A stretch of DNA of 30,953 nucleotides from positions 1 to 30,953 of the forward strand of contig CASGBP010000030.1 in NCBI GenBank assembly GCA_949299825.1, written 5' to 3'. The DNA is from an uncultured Mycoplasmataceae bacterium. GTDB taxonomy: Bacteria; Bacillota_I; Bacilli_A; Mycoplasmatales; Mycoplasmoidaceae. Each line of letters starts with the position of its first letter. Position 1 is the first letter of the stretch. Below, one piece after another: positions 10,633 to 23,678 of this stretch. The notes below the pieces were generated by a model. The model was not told where the DNA came from. It searched no databases and saw nothing but the letters and a program-made list of their open reading frames with translations. Both the position numbers and the translations under genes were made by a program.

Positions 10633-11012
10633 AAATTACTTATTCTTTTTTTATCACCATATACAAAACAATCGTAGCATATACATTTATCTTTACTACC
10701 TTTAGAAACCATAATATATCGCTTAACTGATCTTTTACAAATTAAACAATCTTTATCAGTGATCAATCTTCTAACTGCAAGAAAAGCAAAAATATCTACC
10801 CTCTCATCAAAAGTAGATGACATTAAACAATCTTTACAAATGTTACAATGTCTTTGTTTTGGCATGTTTTCCAAACTATTACTATTATTTCGTAAATTAA
10901 TTAGCAAAAGTGTCTTATTTTTTTTCTTGCCACAAACAGAACAGTGCACTTTGTCTATGTATCAAGTCTTGCAAAAATCATCAAAGACCATTGATCATAT
11001 ATTATTATCCAT
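10629..11012 (-). CDS. Small Cys-rich protein with two C4 zinc-finger-like units, 127 aa, function unknown
   Basis: ATG 11012 with SD AGAGGG: MDNNIWSMVFDDFCKTWYIDKVHCSVCGKKK...HCNICKDC...DCLICKRS...KCICYDCFVY...; 11 Cys; two TGA-Trp upstream of the track start. Confidence 0.75.
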
Positions 11013-11037
11013 TATACCCTCTAAAAAAAACATATAA

Positions 11038-11066
11038 ATTATACCCTTTTTTTTTAAAAAAATCAA
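11038..11066 (-). promoter_or_regulatory. Sigma70 promoter of the zinc-finger gene with a homopolymeric spacer
   Basis: TTGATT, 17-nt spacer (TTTTT AAAAAAAAA GGG), TATAAT. Confidence 0.65.
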
Positions 11067-11142
11067 ATATTTTAGATTTTACACTTATTTTTATCAAAAA
11101 AAATTCAAATTTGCAATATTTTTCTTATTTTTTTTAGTAAAT

Positions 11143-11151
11143 TGTTATAAT
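11143..11151 (+). promoter_or_regulatory. Extended -10 (TGtTATAAT) for the rnj-ftsK unit
   Basis: TG-T-TATAAT 56 nt upstream of the rnj ATG; SD AGGAG at the start. Confidence 0.6.
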
Positions 11152-11207
11152 ATTTTCAAAATTACTAACAAAGTTTTATTACATAAAAAATAAATATAGG
11201 AGATTTA

Positions 11208-12896
11208 ATGAGTAAAATAAACTTTTTTGCCATTAGTGGTTTGGATGAAAAATCTAGAGCTTGTTATGTACTAGAAATCGATAAGAATATCTATGTAATA
11301 AATTGTGGTGTTGAAAGTCCAATTATGGAAACTCTAGGTGTAAGTAAAATTGTTCCAGATATGAGTTATTTAGTTAACAACAAGGATAAGATAAAAGCCA
11401 TCCTAATTGGTACAGCAACAATGCAAAATATTGGTGCATTAGATTTTTTAATTGAGAAATTAGGTACTAACATACCAATAATTACAAGTGAAGTTTCAAA
11501 GACAGTAATCACAACTTTTTTATCAACAAAATACAAAATACAGGAAAAAGTTAATAATTTAAAATTCATTGAAGTAATGGCGATGAGAGATTTAATTTTA
11601 GAAAATGGGCAATGCATTGTCCCGTTTAAAATTGTTAATTCAATGCCAAATTCATTAGGATTTGTTTTTAGAACTTCAGAGGGATGTATAATATATCTTG
11701 ATAACTACATCATTTGCAACGATCAATCAAAAGCTTTTTATTCACAACTTGCTAATATTAGAGACATTATTAATCGTCAACCAGTTTTATTATTAATTAC
11801 CCAAACTGGAATAGTTGATAAATCAAAGGGTTTTACTGCACCTAATCATAACAATCGGGAATTTTATGAAAACATTTTAGCTAACACTTCAAACCGTGTA
11901 ATTGTAGCTATACATGACCATGATGCATATAGTTTATTCTCAATTGCTCAAGCTGCTAAAAAATATCAAAAATACTTCATAATATATTCACGTAATTCAA
12001 TAAATTTATTTCAAGCAACCATAAAAGCAAATTTATACAATAATAAAGGTTTAATTTCATTGCCTATTTCTGAACTTAAAAATCAAAAAAATGTTGTAGT
12101 AGTAATAACTGGAGAGCCTGAACAATTATTTAGCAAAGTTCACAAAATATTAGATGAAGAAGATGAAAGATTGCAATTCCAAAATAATGATATTTTTGTA
12201 CTAGGTACAAAAATAATTCCTGGTTATGAAGGGTTAGCAAGTAAACTACTAGATAAAATATCAAAATTTGATATCAAGACCATTGTAATGCCAAAAACCA
12301 TATTACCACTTGAACCATCAAATGAGGATCACAAATTCACTGCATCATTAATTCAACCTAAATTTATTATTCCGGTTGGAGGGTTATATAAATCATTCAT
12401 TCAATATATGGAAGTTATCAATGAAACTTGAATGAAGAAAGATCAAGTATTGGTTTTATCTAATGGAGAAGTAGCAAGTTTTTATAATGGAGAATTAGAA
12501 TCAATCAAACAAAAATACAATTTTGAAGCAATCCCATTAAGTGCATTTGGTACTAGTGATATCACTTCTTCTGTTTTATATGAAAGAAACCAAATGACTG
12601 AAAATGGAACTTTTGCAATTTCTTTTATAGTTAATTCAAAAAATGAAATAATATCTAAATTAGATATGTATGATTTTGGTTTAATTAATCATGATGATCA
12701 AAATGCAATGAATTTATTAAATAAAATACATGAAGAAATTAACAATAATATTTATAATTACTTTGTTTATAAAAATGATAAGGTAGTTGATTATAAAGAG
12801 ACTAAAACAATGATTAAAAAAGGAATAACAAAATTATTTGATAAATTTCTAGAAAAAAGACCTATTGTCCTTCCTACAATCATAGAGGTTAATTAA
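11208..12896 (+). CDS. rnj: RNase J family paralog lacking catalytic residues (RNase J2-like), 562 aa
   Basis: Track ORFs joined at TGA 12429. RNase J fold cues: INFFAISGLDE, IVPDMSYL, C-terminal KRPIVLPTIIEV. HxHxDH is replaced by GTATMQNIG. Confidence 0.88.
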
Positions 12897-14824
12897 TGTT
12901 CTTTAAAAAGGAAGAAAAGATTAATAAAGAAAACTCAGACGTTGTTGTCAATCAAGTTAACAATGATAACAATAATAATGAATCATTATCTGAAAAATCA
13001 AAAAAAATTGTCAGTGATTTAAGTGAAAACTTTAACAAAATTAAAAACAATAATATTTTTAAAATTTGTCTTTATGTTTTTTTATTAATTTTCCTGCTAC
13101 TTTCTTTAGCTAGGATTCCTTATGTAGGAGTATTTTTAGATGCAGTTTTATTTAGCTTTATATTTGGATATGCTAAGTATTTAATGTATTTATATCTAAT
13201 TACTATTTTAGTGATGTTAATAATAAATAAAAAGGTTAATATTTTCTTCTCCAAACGGTTTGCTTTAGCTATTGTATTATCTACTTTTTTCCTATCTATT
13301 TTATTTAGTGGAATACAGTTGTTAAATGTTCTAGCAAATAATGAACCATTAAATTTGATCACAGAATATATTAAATATTGAAAAGACTATATTTTTAATT
13401 TCAATATTAACTTTTTGTTTGGACAACCAAATTATTTGGATGGAGGAATTATAGGTACATTAGTAGGTGCTACTAGTGGATTTTTCTTAATCATTTTTTC
13501 AATTATTGCTATCATTGTTATTTTCTTATTACTATTTAAATCTTGAAGAAATATTGTTTTTCAAAAGTCTCGTCAAATTAAAAATAAACTAGATAAAAAA
13601 ATCAAAAAGACTGAAACACAACAATCAGGACCAATACAAGAACAATTTGATTTTATAGGTGCAACTGTTGATAGTGATACTAAACAAATTAATGCTGATT
13701 CTGTTTCATATGACAATTATTTTAGATCGCTACTTAAGGATGATAAGTCCATTAAAAATAATCAAAAAATAATAACAAACAAAAAAACTATTGATGACGA
13801 ATATATTACTAGTCAAATTTCGATGTTTTTAAAAGCAAATGATTTTAATATTAAAGATACTAAAATTAATCATAGTGAACATGTAGAATATATAATTTTT
13901 GTTGATAAAAACCAAATTGAGAAATTTAAATCTCTTACTTCTCAACTTCAGGGCTATTTAAATGAATATCAATTTTCCATCCAATACTTAGATGATGCAA
14001 TTTCAATTATAGTTAATGATACTTCAACAAAGTTTAGCAACCATTTTTACAAAATTTTACAAACAAAAATAGAAAAACCTATTAACTTTTGTTTTGCCTT
14101 AAATGAACAATATAACCCTATTATCCTTGATTTAATTAAAAATAATTCCATAAGTGTTTATAGTAATAATCAAGAAAACATTTATTCAATAATTAATTCA
14201 GTTATTGCTTCAATTGCTTGAAACTATAGTAATAAAAATTTTCAAATTTTTTATTTAAGTGAACAAAGAAAAGAATTTAATATATTAAAAATAGGAATGG
14301 TTAATAAAACCTCAGTAACAGGAATTAATGAAGTATTAAGTTTTTTAAAGAAATTGGATGATTATTGTCAAGATATCTTAGAAAAACTTAAGCAACATCA
14401 TGTTAATGACATATATGAATTAAATGATAGTTTATCTAACATTAAACCAAATCGAATAATTTTAATTGATGATATCAATATTTTAATTAATCAATCAATG
14501 GATGTTATTAATTATCTAAATCGTATTATTGAAGTATCTAATAAATGTGGAATTAGTATTATTTTCTTTGATTATTCAACAAATTATGTTTCATATGACA
14601 AAATCAAAGCAAATACCTATGTTGTTTTTAAGTGTAATAGTTCAATATCTAACATGGTATTTAATAGTAATGTGGCAACCAATCTTGGTGACTTATATAA
14701 TGGAATTTTATACAATCAAAAAAATAATAAGCTTATGCCATTTAGTTGTTCTAAAATTAGCGAATTAGAGATTGATGAATTAGTAAAGATTTTAAAAAGA
14801 ACAATGGATGAATACCAAATTTAA
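12896..14824 (+). CDS. FtsK/SpoIIIE-like membrane protein with a degenerate ATPase domain, 642 aa
   Basis: Single code-4 ORF with TAATG overlap to rnj. Mollicute FtsK-type N-terminal TM region (LARIPYVGVFLDAVLFSFIFGYAKY, DGGIIGTLVG) and Walker-B-like RIILIDD; no GxxGxGK[ST]. Confidence 0.72.
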
Positions 14825-17800
14825 TCAATTTCTTTGTTTTGCTTTGCTTGTTTAATCTTATAAAATGCTAAACAAATAATTGCTATAAGTGTAAATCCAG
14901 CTATAACTGATCCTATAATAATTCATATATTTGTTAAATCAAAAGCTTGTTGTAGAGAGCTTTGTTTGCTTACTAAAAAACCCTCTGCTCTAAGTAATAA
15001 TCTTCCTTGATTAATTGATAAATTGCCTAGTTTTGCACTATATCCACTTCCTACAATTCCTCTTAACATTCTTAAATCAATTTCCATTTTTCCTCATGAA
15101 ATATTATTATTGTTATCTGGATTGTTTATAGCCTTTTCAGCAGCATCAGCTAAACGTTTTTTTGCCTTATTTTGTAAGGAAATATCATTTGTTAAAAAAT
15201 CTCAATTAGAACTTCCATCAAAATAAAAGGATTTTCCATTAACTGTTTCAGTTTTAGTAGCTCATGCTATATTTCCTTCAGCATCCTTTTCAATAACTGA
15301 TACAAAATTATCTCTCAATTCCATATTTTTATAACATTCATTAATTAGATTAATTAACATTGATTGAATTGCTCCTCAATTATCATCAATTACATCAGAT
15401 AGAAAGATTCCTATACCATTATTATCAAATACTTTTTTAATCAATGATGATGGAACAGTAAAAGAAAGAAGTTGAGTTTGTTTTGGATTTGCAAAACCAT
15501 AAATTCAAATAGGTGTTGATAAAGTAGTTAAAACATTTTCCTCTAGTTGACCAATATTGTTATAACGTGAATTCAAGGTTACTGATACTTTTAGATATGG
15601 AGTTTTAGGAGTTGGAAATTGAGCGTTTATATCTGGAAAATAATTAGAATAATTATCATCAATTTTAATTATTTCAACGTTTTCGATTGAGTTAATACTA
15701 GGCAATGTACCATCAAAAATATATTCAGCATTATTCATAATTATGGTTTTTAAATCTTCTTCAGTAATAGATGTGATATCAGCTGCAAATGCACTCGATG
15801 AACTAGTAGTTAAATCTAAGTGATCTTCAACAATTTCTGTTTGTCTAACCTTAGATAAATCAGTAATTAGAATCTCATGTCCTAATGACTTGTCTGTTCT
15901 ATTACCTCTATAATCATAACCATTGATAGTCAAACCAGTTAATTTAATTGTTCCATTAACATTATTAGGATCACTTAAAGTAATTGATTTAAAATCATTA
16001 ACTGTTAATCCAATTTTATTTGGTAACACCACCTTTGATAACAAAAATGACTTGAAGTTAGAATCTAAACTTTGTAGATTATTTTGATTTTTAAATAAAT
16101 CAGTTGGTAAAACATTTATTCCTGCACTAATTTCTAGTTCATCGGTAAAGGTTGTTGCAGTTAATTGGCTAAATCCTTTTATTGTCAATAAACCAAACAA
16201 ATCAGGACTTGAAACATATGAACCATTTGAAAAATAATATTTAAGTCCTATTGTACAAATTAATGAAACTGAATTATTATCATTTCTAAAACTGTCAATA
16301 GTAACTTCAAGGTTGTCTTTGTAACCATCGTAATTTGATTCATCGATAAAAGGTGCATCCTTAAAAATTTCATCATTATGGTCTAAAATAACTTGTTTTA
16401 AAGTATCTTCATCAATTGAAGTATCATATGATTCACTTGCAGATAAAGTTATTTCTTTAGTAAGAATAGAAGTATTGTAAATATATCACCCAGTTAAAGT
16501 TGCATATAGAACTTTTGGTTCAGCCTGATTTTCAATTAATTCCCCTTTGTTGTTATAGTATTTATGCAAGTTAATAACTAAAGATATCTTACCTGAACCA
16601 TAAGCTTGTGCAATTGTTTCATTGCTATAATTATTAGTGTTTAGTGAAATTGTGAAATTATCTTCAGTAATTGAAGGGATTGATAAATAACCAAGTCTAA
16701 CTTGTTCATTGATAGATTGAACAACATAAGTTTTCATAGCTAAAATATTTTCAACATAATTTGGATTAGTAAAATAAGTAGAAGGTAGCTTTTGATCACT
16801 TATATTTGGTACATAATAAGTGTAAGTATAATTATCTAAGGTTTCATCATTAACAGTAAATTTACCAATTGTAAATGATCTAGGTGAAATTAATGGAGGA
16901 TCATCATTTAACTTACCAAGACTATCTCAATATTTATTCAATTTTATTTTAAAGTAAATGTTTTTTGTTGCAAAATCACGTTCTAAGGAAATAATTTCAA
17001 AGTCACTAGGAGTTATAGTGGCAGGATTTAATACTAGTTGATTAAATATTGCATAATTATTCTCAATTAACTTTGTTTTTATATCACTTTCACTAACATC
17101 GTATATATTCATTGGATCATTATTACTATCAAGGATTGGATCAATTGTAACATTGTAATTAAAATCAGTAGCAGCTTGAGTATCAAAACCCCTAATGGTT
17201 AATTGACCTGTTGTATGAGGAGGAGTTTCTTTTACACCATTTACTTGATATCCTGCAAAAGTGAAAGTTGCAACTAATTCACCTTTGCTATTGTCAGCTG
17301 AAATCACATTTATTGACAAGTCATCACTAGTACTACCTGGATAAGGATATTTAATGTTATTTTGGTAAAACTTGCCAAGAAATTCAAGTTGTTTTACTGG
17401 ATCATCCTGTACATCAGATGCTTTCATGCCTCAAGTATATTCAGCATCACTTATAATAGTATTTTTACCAACAGCATAAAATCCAGTGATTATTACTTCC
17501 TCGTTAAAAGGATATTCATTTACATAAACCAAATCATTACTACCTTGGAAAGGACTTATATAAACATTTGAAATTTTTGGTTTAAAACTGATAGTTCCCT
17601 CTAATTCATTCCTTTTAAAACTTTCTATTGCTATAACTTTACCAAATAAGTTAACATCAAAAGAAGGATAAGGAATAGTCGGATTAGTTGGGTTAGTTAA
17701 AAAAATTGAATAATTTGGATCATTATTTAATCTATCAAGCAAAATATCTTGATTTATATCATTCACACTTTCTGAATTATTCTTAATATCGATGGTGTTC

Positions 17801-19860
17801 TTGAAAGAAAATAAATTATCGTCTGTTAATTTTTTAAAACCACTTAAAGTTAAATTTGGAGTATCAAATTTCTTAACACGTTGTTGCAATTGATTAGATG
17901 TATTGTCATAATAAGCATTTAATTCAAATCATTCTACGTGTATTTTTCCATTTATATTGTCATATCGAAGAGCAATGTTAGTAATGTTATTATAGGTTAT
18001 TGATTCTTTATTACCAGCCACAACAAGATTAAAAAATTGTTGTAAAAAATTAATATCTAATTCACTAGCACTAATTGGAATAGTTTGACCAGTATAATCT
18101 AAACTATAATTTGATTCTAAGTAGTCATTATTTTGTAAAATAGCAAATTGAGCAATCTTTTCACTAAAATTAAAATTATCAACATTTAAATTAAGATTTG
18201 TATTTTCATTAGCTGAAGTTATTCCTTTAGCAAAACCTTCTAATGTTAATGTACATTCAAGTGGAGGATTTGAAACTGATTGTCAATCTTGATAATAGTT
18301 ATTTATAGTGAAAATTACTTTTGCAGTTGTGACATCATCACTATTGGTAATAAACTTAATAATATTTATATTGTTAGTACTAAAACTATTTGGAAGTGAA
18401 TTGAATATAGTTTTTCTATTATTAAAAATTTCATCAATTAACAATTTATCTCTTTCGGCTAATGAAGAAAACTCAATTGCTGAGTAGGGGTTAATATTAG
18501 TGTTTGGAAGAATGCTTAAAACATCCTTAATGATCTCAGTATCTTTAAACTCTTTTTTTGCAAAACCTTTGATTGTTATTGAGGAAGAGAAACTATCATC
18601 ACTATTATTAAGTAGGCTATAATCTCTAAATGTTGCTTTTTTAGTTGTTAATGGATCTAAATCTGTTGTATAGGTTTCAGAATAAATTTCTTGCTGAATA
18701 ACAAGTTTTGGTATCATTTTAATTTCAATTGTTCCTTCTTTGTCATTAGCAACTATTTCAATCGTAGAATCTCTAGCTATTGAGTTTGTTGTATATTGAG
18801 TTTTAATATCAAAAAACTTAGATCATTCACTTAAATTAATATTTAAACCATCAATAACATCACTTGGATAAACAGAAAGATCACCAACATATGTTGTACT
18901 TTCCAAAATAGAAGAATGAACAGAACCTTCTGATGTATATGAATCAAGCACATATGCCATTAACTCACCGTTTTCATCAAAATCAACCACAAAATTCATA
19001 GAATCATGTGGAAGGTCTTTATATTCATTTGTATTTCAAAATTGATTAAATGTGGTGCTATTGTTGATTTCTAAACCAAAAAGAGTTGAGGTTTCTCTTG
19101 TATTTCTTCCTAATTTAAAACCTGGTAAAACTGACCTTGAGCTAAAAACAATTGGTTGAGAAGTACTAGTATAATTACTATCAATAGGAATATCATAACT
19201 ACCATTTGAAATATTAATTTTAGTTGCTTGTCCATCCTTACTTTCAGATTTAATAATTGATTTGTTATCAATTTGAAATGATGCATCTGGTTCAAAATTA
19301 CTAGGAACAAAATTTAATCCATATTGTTCAATCTGACTATCACTATTATCATACTTATATATTCAAAAGTAATTTCTACCCCATTTACGATTAAAGTTTA
19401 TTTGATTAACACTTTCAGCCATAACTTTAGTTTCATCAGCTCTACGTTCTGGAACATTCGCACTGTATACTCCACCAAATCAAGAAGCAATATCTTCCTT
19501 TAATTTTAGACTTATGTTATTGTTTGTAAAATTGATTTTTGCATAATCCTTAACAACAGAATTTACATTTGCACTTTCTAAATAACCAATATAACTTGAA
19601 AAGTTCCTATTATTAATTGAATATTTTCAATTTGCTTGACTAATAGAAACATCAGTATAATTAAAATCTTTTAATTTAACCTGAATTGATCTTGTAGAAC
19701 TAGCTTTTTCTACTGAAGATTTAGCTAAAATTGAACTGTCTTGACTACTTGATGTTTGACTAATAGTTGGTTGATTAACAGCTAAAAATAGTCAACCAAA
19801 AGCCATGCCAGATATGCCAAAAAAAGAAACAATATAGGTAAAGATTTTCTTATTTTTCAT
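14821..19860 (-). CDS. Large surface protein, 1679 aa: N-terminal signal/TM, ~320-aa head, ~10 lipoprotein-17-like repeats, C-terminal TM anchor
   Basis: I checked one frame free of TAA/TAG from ATG 19860 to TAA 14821; five track ORFs join via TGA. C-terminus IWIIIGSVIAGFTLIAIICLAFYKIKQAKQNKEID; no lipobox Cys. Confidence 0.88.
15493..18880 (-). repeat. About 10 degenerate ~100-130-aa protein repeats (boundaries approximate)
   Basis: Units end in ITIKGF, LTLEGF, LTLSGF, VIITGF, LTIRGF, FTIGKF, ATLTGW, LTIKGF, ILITDL, IWIYGF, often preceded by ND..G[TE][IL] and YY. They are not recognisable as repeats at DNA level. Confidence 0.7.
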
Positions 19861-19954
19861 ATATATAGTATAAACAATAAAATATATAAAAGCCTATTTT
19901 TGTAATATTTTTTTAGAAAACAATAATCTAGTTTTAAGGTTAATTAAATATAAT

Positions 19955-20823
<869 letters not shown>

Positions 20824-20845
20824 ACTTTTGCCTCCAATATAAAGA

Positions 20846-20871
20846 AAAAGATATTAGTACTAATATCTTTT
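20846..20871 (-). terminator. Perfect 26-bp palindrome after the DUF885 lipoprotein gene (terminator or operator)
   Basis: AAAAGATATTAGT|ACTAATATCTTTT, followed on the minus strand by a U-rich tail. Confidence 0.65.
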
Positions 20872-20909
20872 CCAATAATATTATATTTATTTAGTATTTT
20901 AGCATTGCT

Positions 20910-23678
20910 TTAAGAAAGGTACATAAACTTATTATTAACCAAACTATAGTTTAAAGAGGTTGAAAATCCAAGTGTATTAGCAACATTAATATCATATTCT
21001 TTGATAACTTGTTCTTGCAACACTTCAAGCGGAATTTCACCGTTTCTTAAAAATAAATCAAATAATTTTTTAATTTCGTTTTTGCCGCTAGGATCAAGGA
21101 AATTTATTCCTAATTTAGTTTGCACACTACTATATAAATCCTCAAAAATTATTTTTCCTAACATATAACCTGTTGCTTGTGAAGGCATTACTAAATATCT
21201 AATTGATTCTGAGTTAATGTCACCCACACCCAATGCAGAATTAGCAGTCATAAAATCTCTTACTTGTTTAATTGATGCTCCATAAGGTAATGAACTATCC
21301 TGATGAGTTTGATCATCAATTGATGGTTGGTGATGATATGCAGTATCTAAAGCTAAACGCATATTTCTTAGTTGAGCTTCATTCAAGAATCCATAATATT
21401 GAAGCATGTTAGCTAACTTAATAGAATTGGTCAATTTTTCTTCACTATCAATTTCACCAATAGCTTTATCATAATAAACACCTGCATGTAATTCTTTCAT
21501 TTTAGCTGTCAATGACTCTATGTTATTTGAATCAAAATTTGGTACTAATCCTTTTGCGCTTAATCAGTTAGTTGGCATTCTAAATTCATCTAATTCAGTT
21601 CCATAAATTTCTAATTCATTTGCAAATCATTCAGTGAACACAGCTCAACCTTCATGAAATGCATCGTTTACAAAACTATATCCAGGTCCACTATTATTTA
21701 AACCTTCTCCACCTTCAAGATATTCAGTTCAATATTGTTGTTGTGTATGATGTCCCATTTTACCTTCATGAGTTGTTAATGAACTAACACTTCATTTTGG
21801 TAGAGAATAATAAGGGTCACAATTATATTGGAATTGACATGATCCTCTAGGACCTTCCATCCCTACTCCTATATCAACTCTAATGTCATAATTATAAGGA
21901 GAAATAACATAATCACTTATGGAATTAAAATTAGCATCAAATGTGTCATCAGTAGCTACTTTAAAATCAATGTAATCTTTTAATGATAGTACCGCTCCTG
22001 CTAATGCTTGATCACCAGTTACTGTTCCATTAGATTCAGAGTTATCACTTATGGTAGTAGCATTTTCTCAATGTTCCTTATAACCTTGTTGAATAATTAT
22101 ATTTTTGTATTGTTGCAATTCACTAGTTTGAGGATTAGTTCAATACTTATCAATGAAGTTGCTTAAATCCTGACCTTCTAGATATTCGCGACCTCAAAAG
22201 AAATCCTCTTGGTTAAGTCACACGTTGAATTCTTTAAATAACTTTTCATCTGCATTAGCAATTGAACTATTATTGTTTATTGAACCTAAGGTTACTAATT
22301 GTCTTTCTCCATCACCTATACCGTCAGCATCATAATAAATTTGAGTATTATCATTAATTCCACCAACAACAATTTCATTTACCAATTTTGCAATTTTACT
22401 CATTTTCTGCATCGCATCTTTAGTATATTTAATTCCTTGTTGATAAATATCTATTGCACTAGTATCAATTGAATTGTTATTAAATAATAATTGTTGATAT
22501 ACATCATTTGATGATGAAATAAATGGATTAGATGTTCCATTTTTTAATTTCATAAAACCAATACCAATATTTGTTTGATTTAAATCATTTGTGGTCAAAC
22601 CTAACCCATATAAAGCAATGCCATTACCATAAATTGTCTTTTCTTCCTCCCTATCATTTCCAGAAGGAACTACTGAAGTTAAAGTGATCGGTTTTCCATT
22701 TGTTGACTTATTTTCTGGACCATATGAATTCTCATCAACGTAGTAATCAGTAGCATATCAACTAACAAAGTTGGATAAAGATTCTTTCAATATTGACACA
22801 TTTGATTTAATTTCATTTTTTTGTTCATTTGACAAATAATCAATTTGATCTATTGTTTGAATTAAATCACTAAAATAATTATTTGTTGGTTCTAACTGTA
22901 CTAATTTTTCAATGGTAATTGAATTATTAGATTGATTTAAATAATTAGTAACAAAATCATTAACTTCATTTTGATAGAAAAAATTAATGAACTGATTAAC
23001 TAATAATTTCTTAGTAATGGTTGAAGGTTGATATCCATATTTTTCTTGTCCATAATCCATGTATAACCTATACTCTTCAATTGATTTAGCTGCATCCAAT
23101 AATCTACTAGCTAAACTATTAACTAATGATGTATCTGGTAGTGCCGAAGTATCTGGATCACCAGTTTCTGGATTTAAAGGATAAATGTTCACTGCATCCT
23201 TTACAAAATTACTAATGTGGTTTGAAGAACTTGATAATACTCTTGAACCAGTAATAGGATTTGCTCCTAAATAAATTATTCCACTTCTAATATTTTCTAT
23301 TTTCATTTTTCACTGAAAAATATAAGAATCTGCTCAAATTGTTTCATTTTGATTTAGCTTATTGTTTAATTTATATTTTTCTAGTGCATCTATTGCATTT
23401 TCTGCATTAAGAATTAAACCATCAAAACTTGTATTTGGATCTTCATATCCAAAAATTGGTAGACCTGCACTTGTTTTTGTTAAAAAAACTTTTTCAGAAT
23501 TTTCAAAAGCTTTCTGAGTAGCTATTAAATTTTGTGTTGTCGAACTATTGTTATTTACTGATAAATCCTTTTTACTTTCACTACATGATGTAACTACTAA
23601 TGGAACACTAACTATTGCAGCAATTGATAAAACCCCTGCTAAACTTAATCCTAAGTATTTTAATTTTAACTTTTTCAT
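20910..23678 (-). CDS. DUF885 family lipoprotein (putative zinc metallopeptidase), 922 aa
   Basis: One code-4 frame checked throughout. Signal peptide MKKLKLKYLGLSLAGVLSIAAIVSVPLVVTS-C; motifs THEGKMGHHTQ, FHEGWAVFTEW, RNMRLALDT, QATGYMLGK; SD AGGAG. Confidence 0.88.

Noticed and set aside
9301-14768. Track ORFs 9301..9576, 10759..11037, 10910..11137, 11366..11617, 13120..13362 and 14529..14768
   Set aside because: Antisense or alternative-frame overlaps of better-supported genes; Phe/Leu/Ile-rich composition typical of AT-rich shadow frames.
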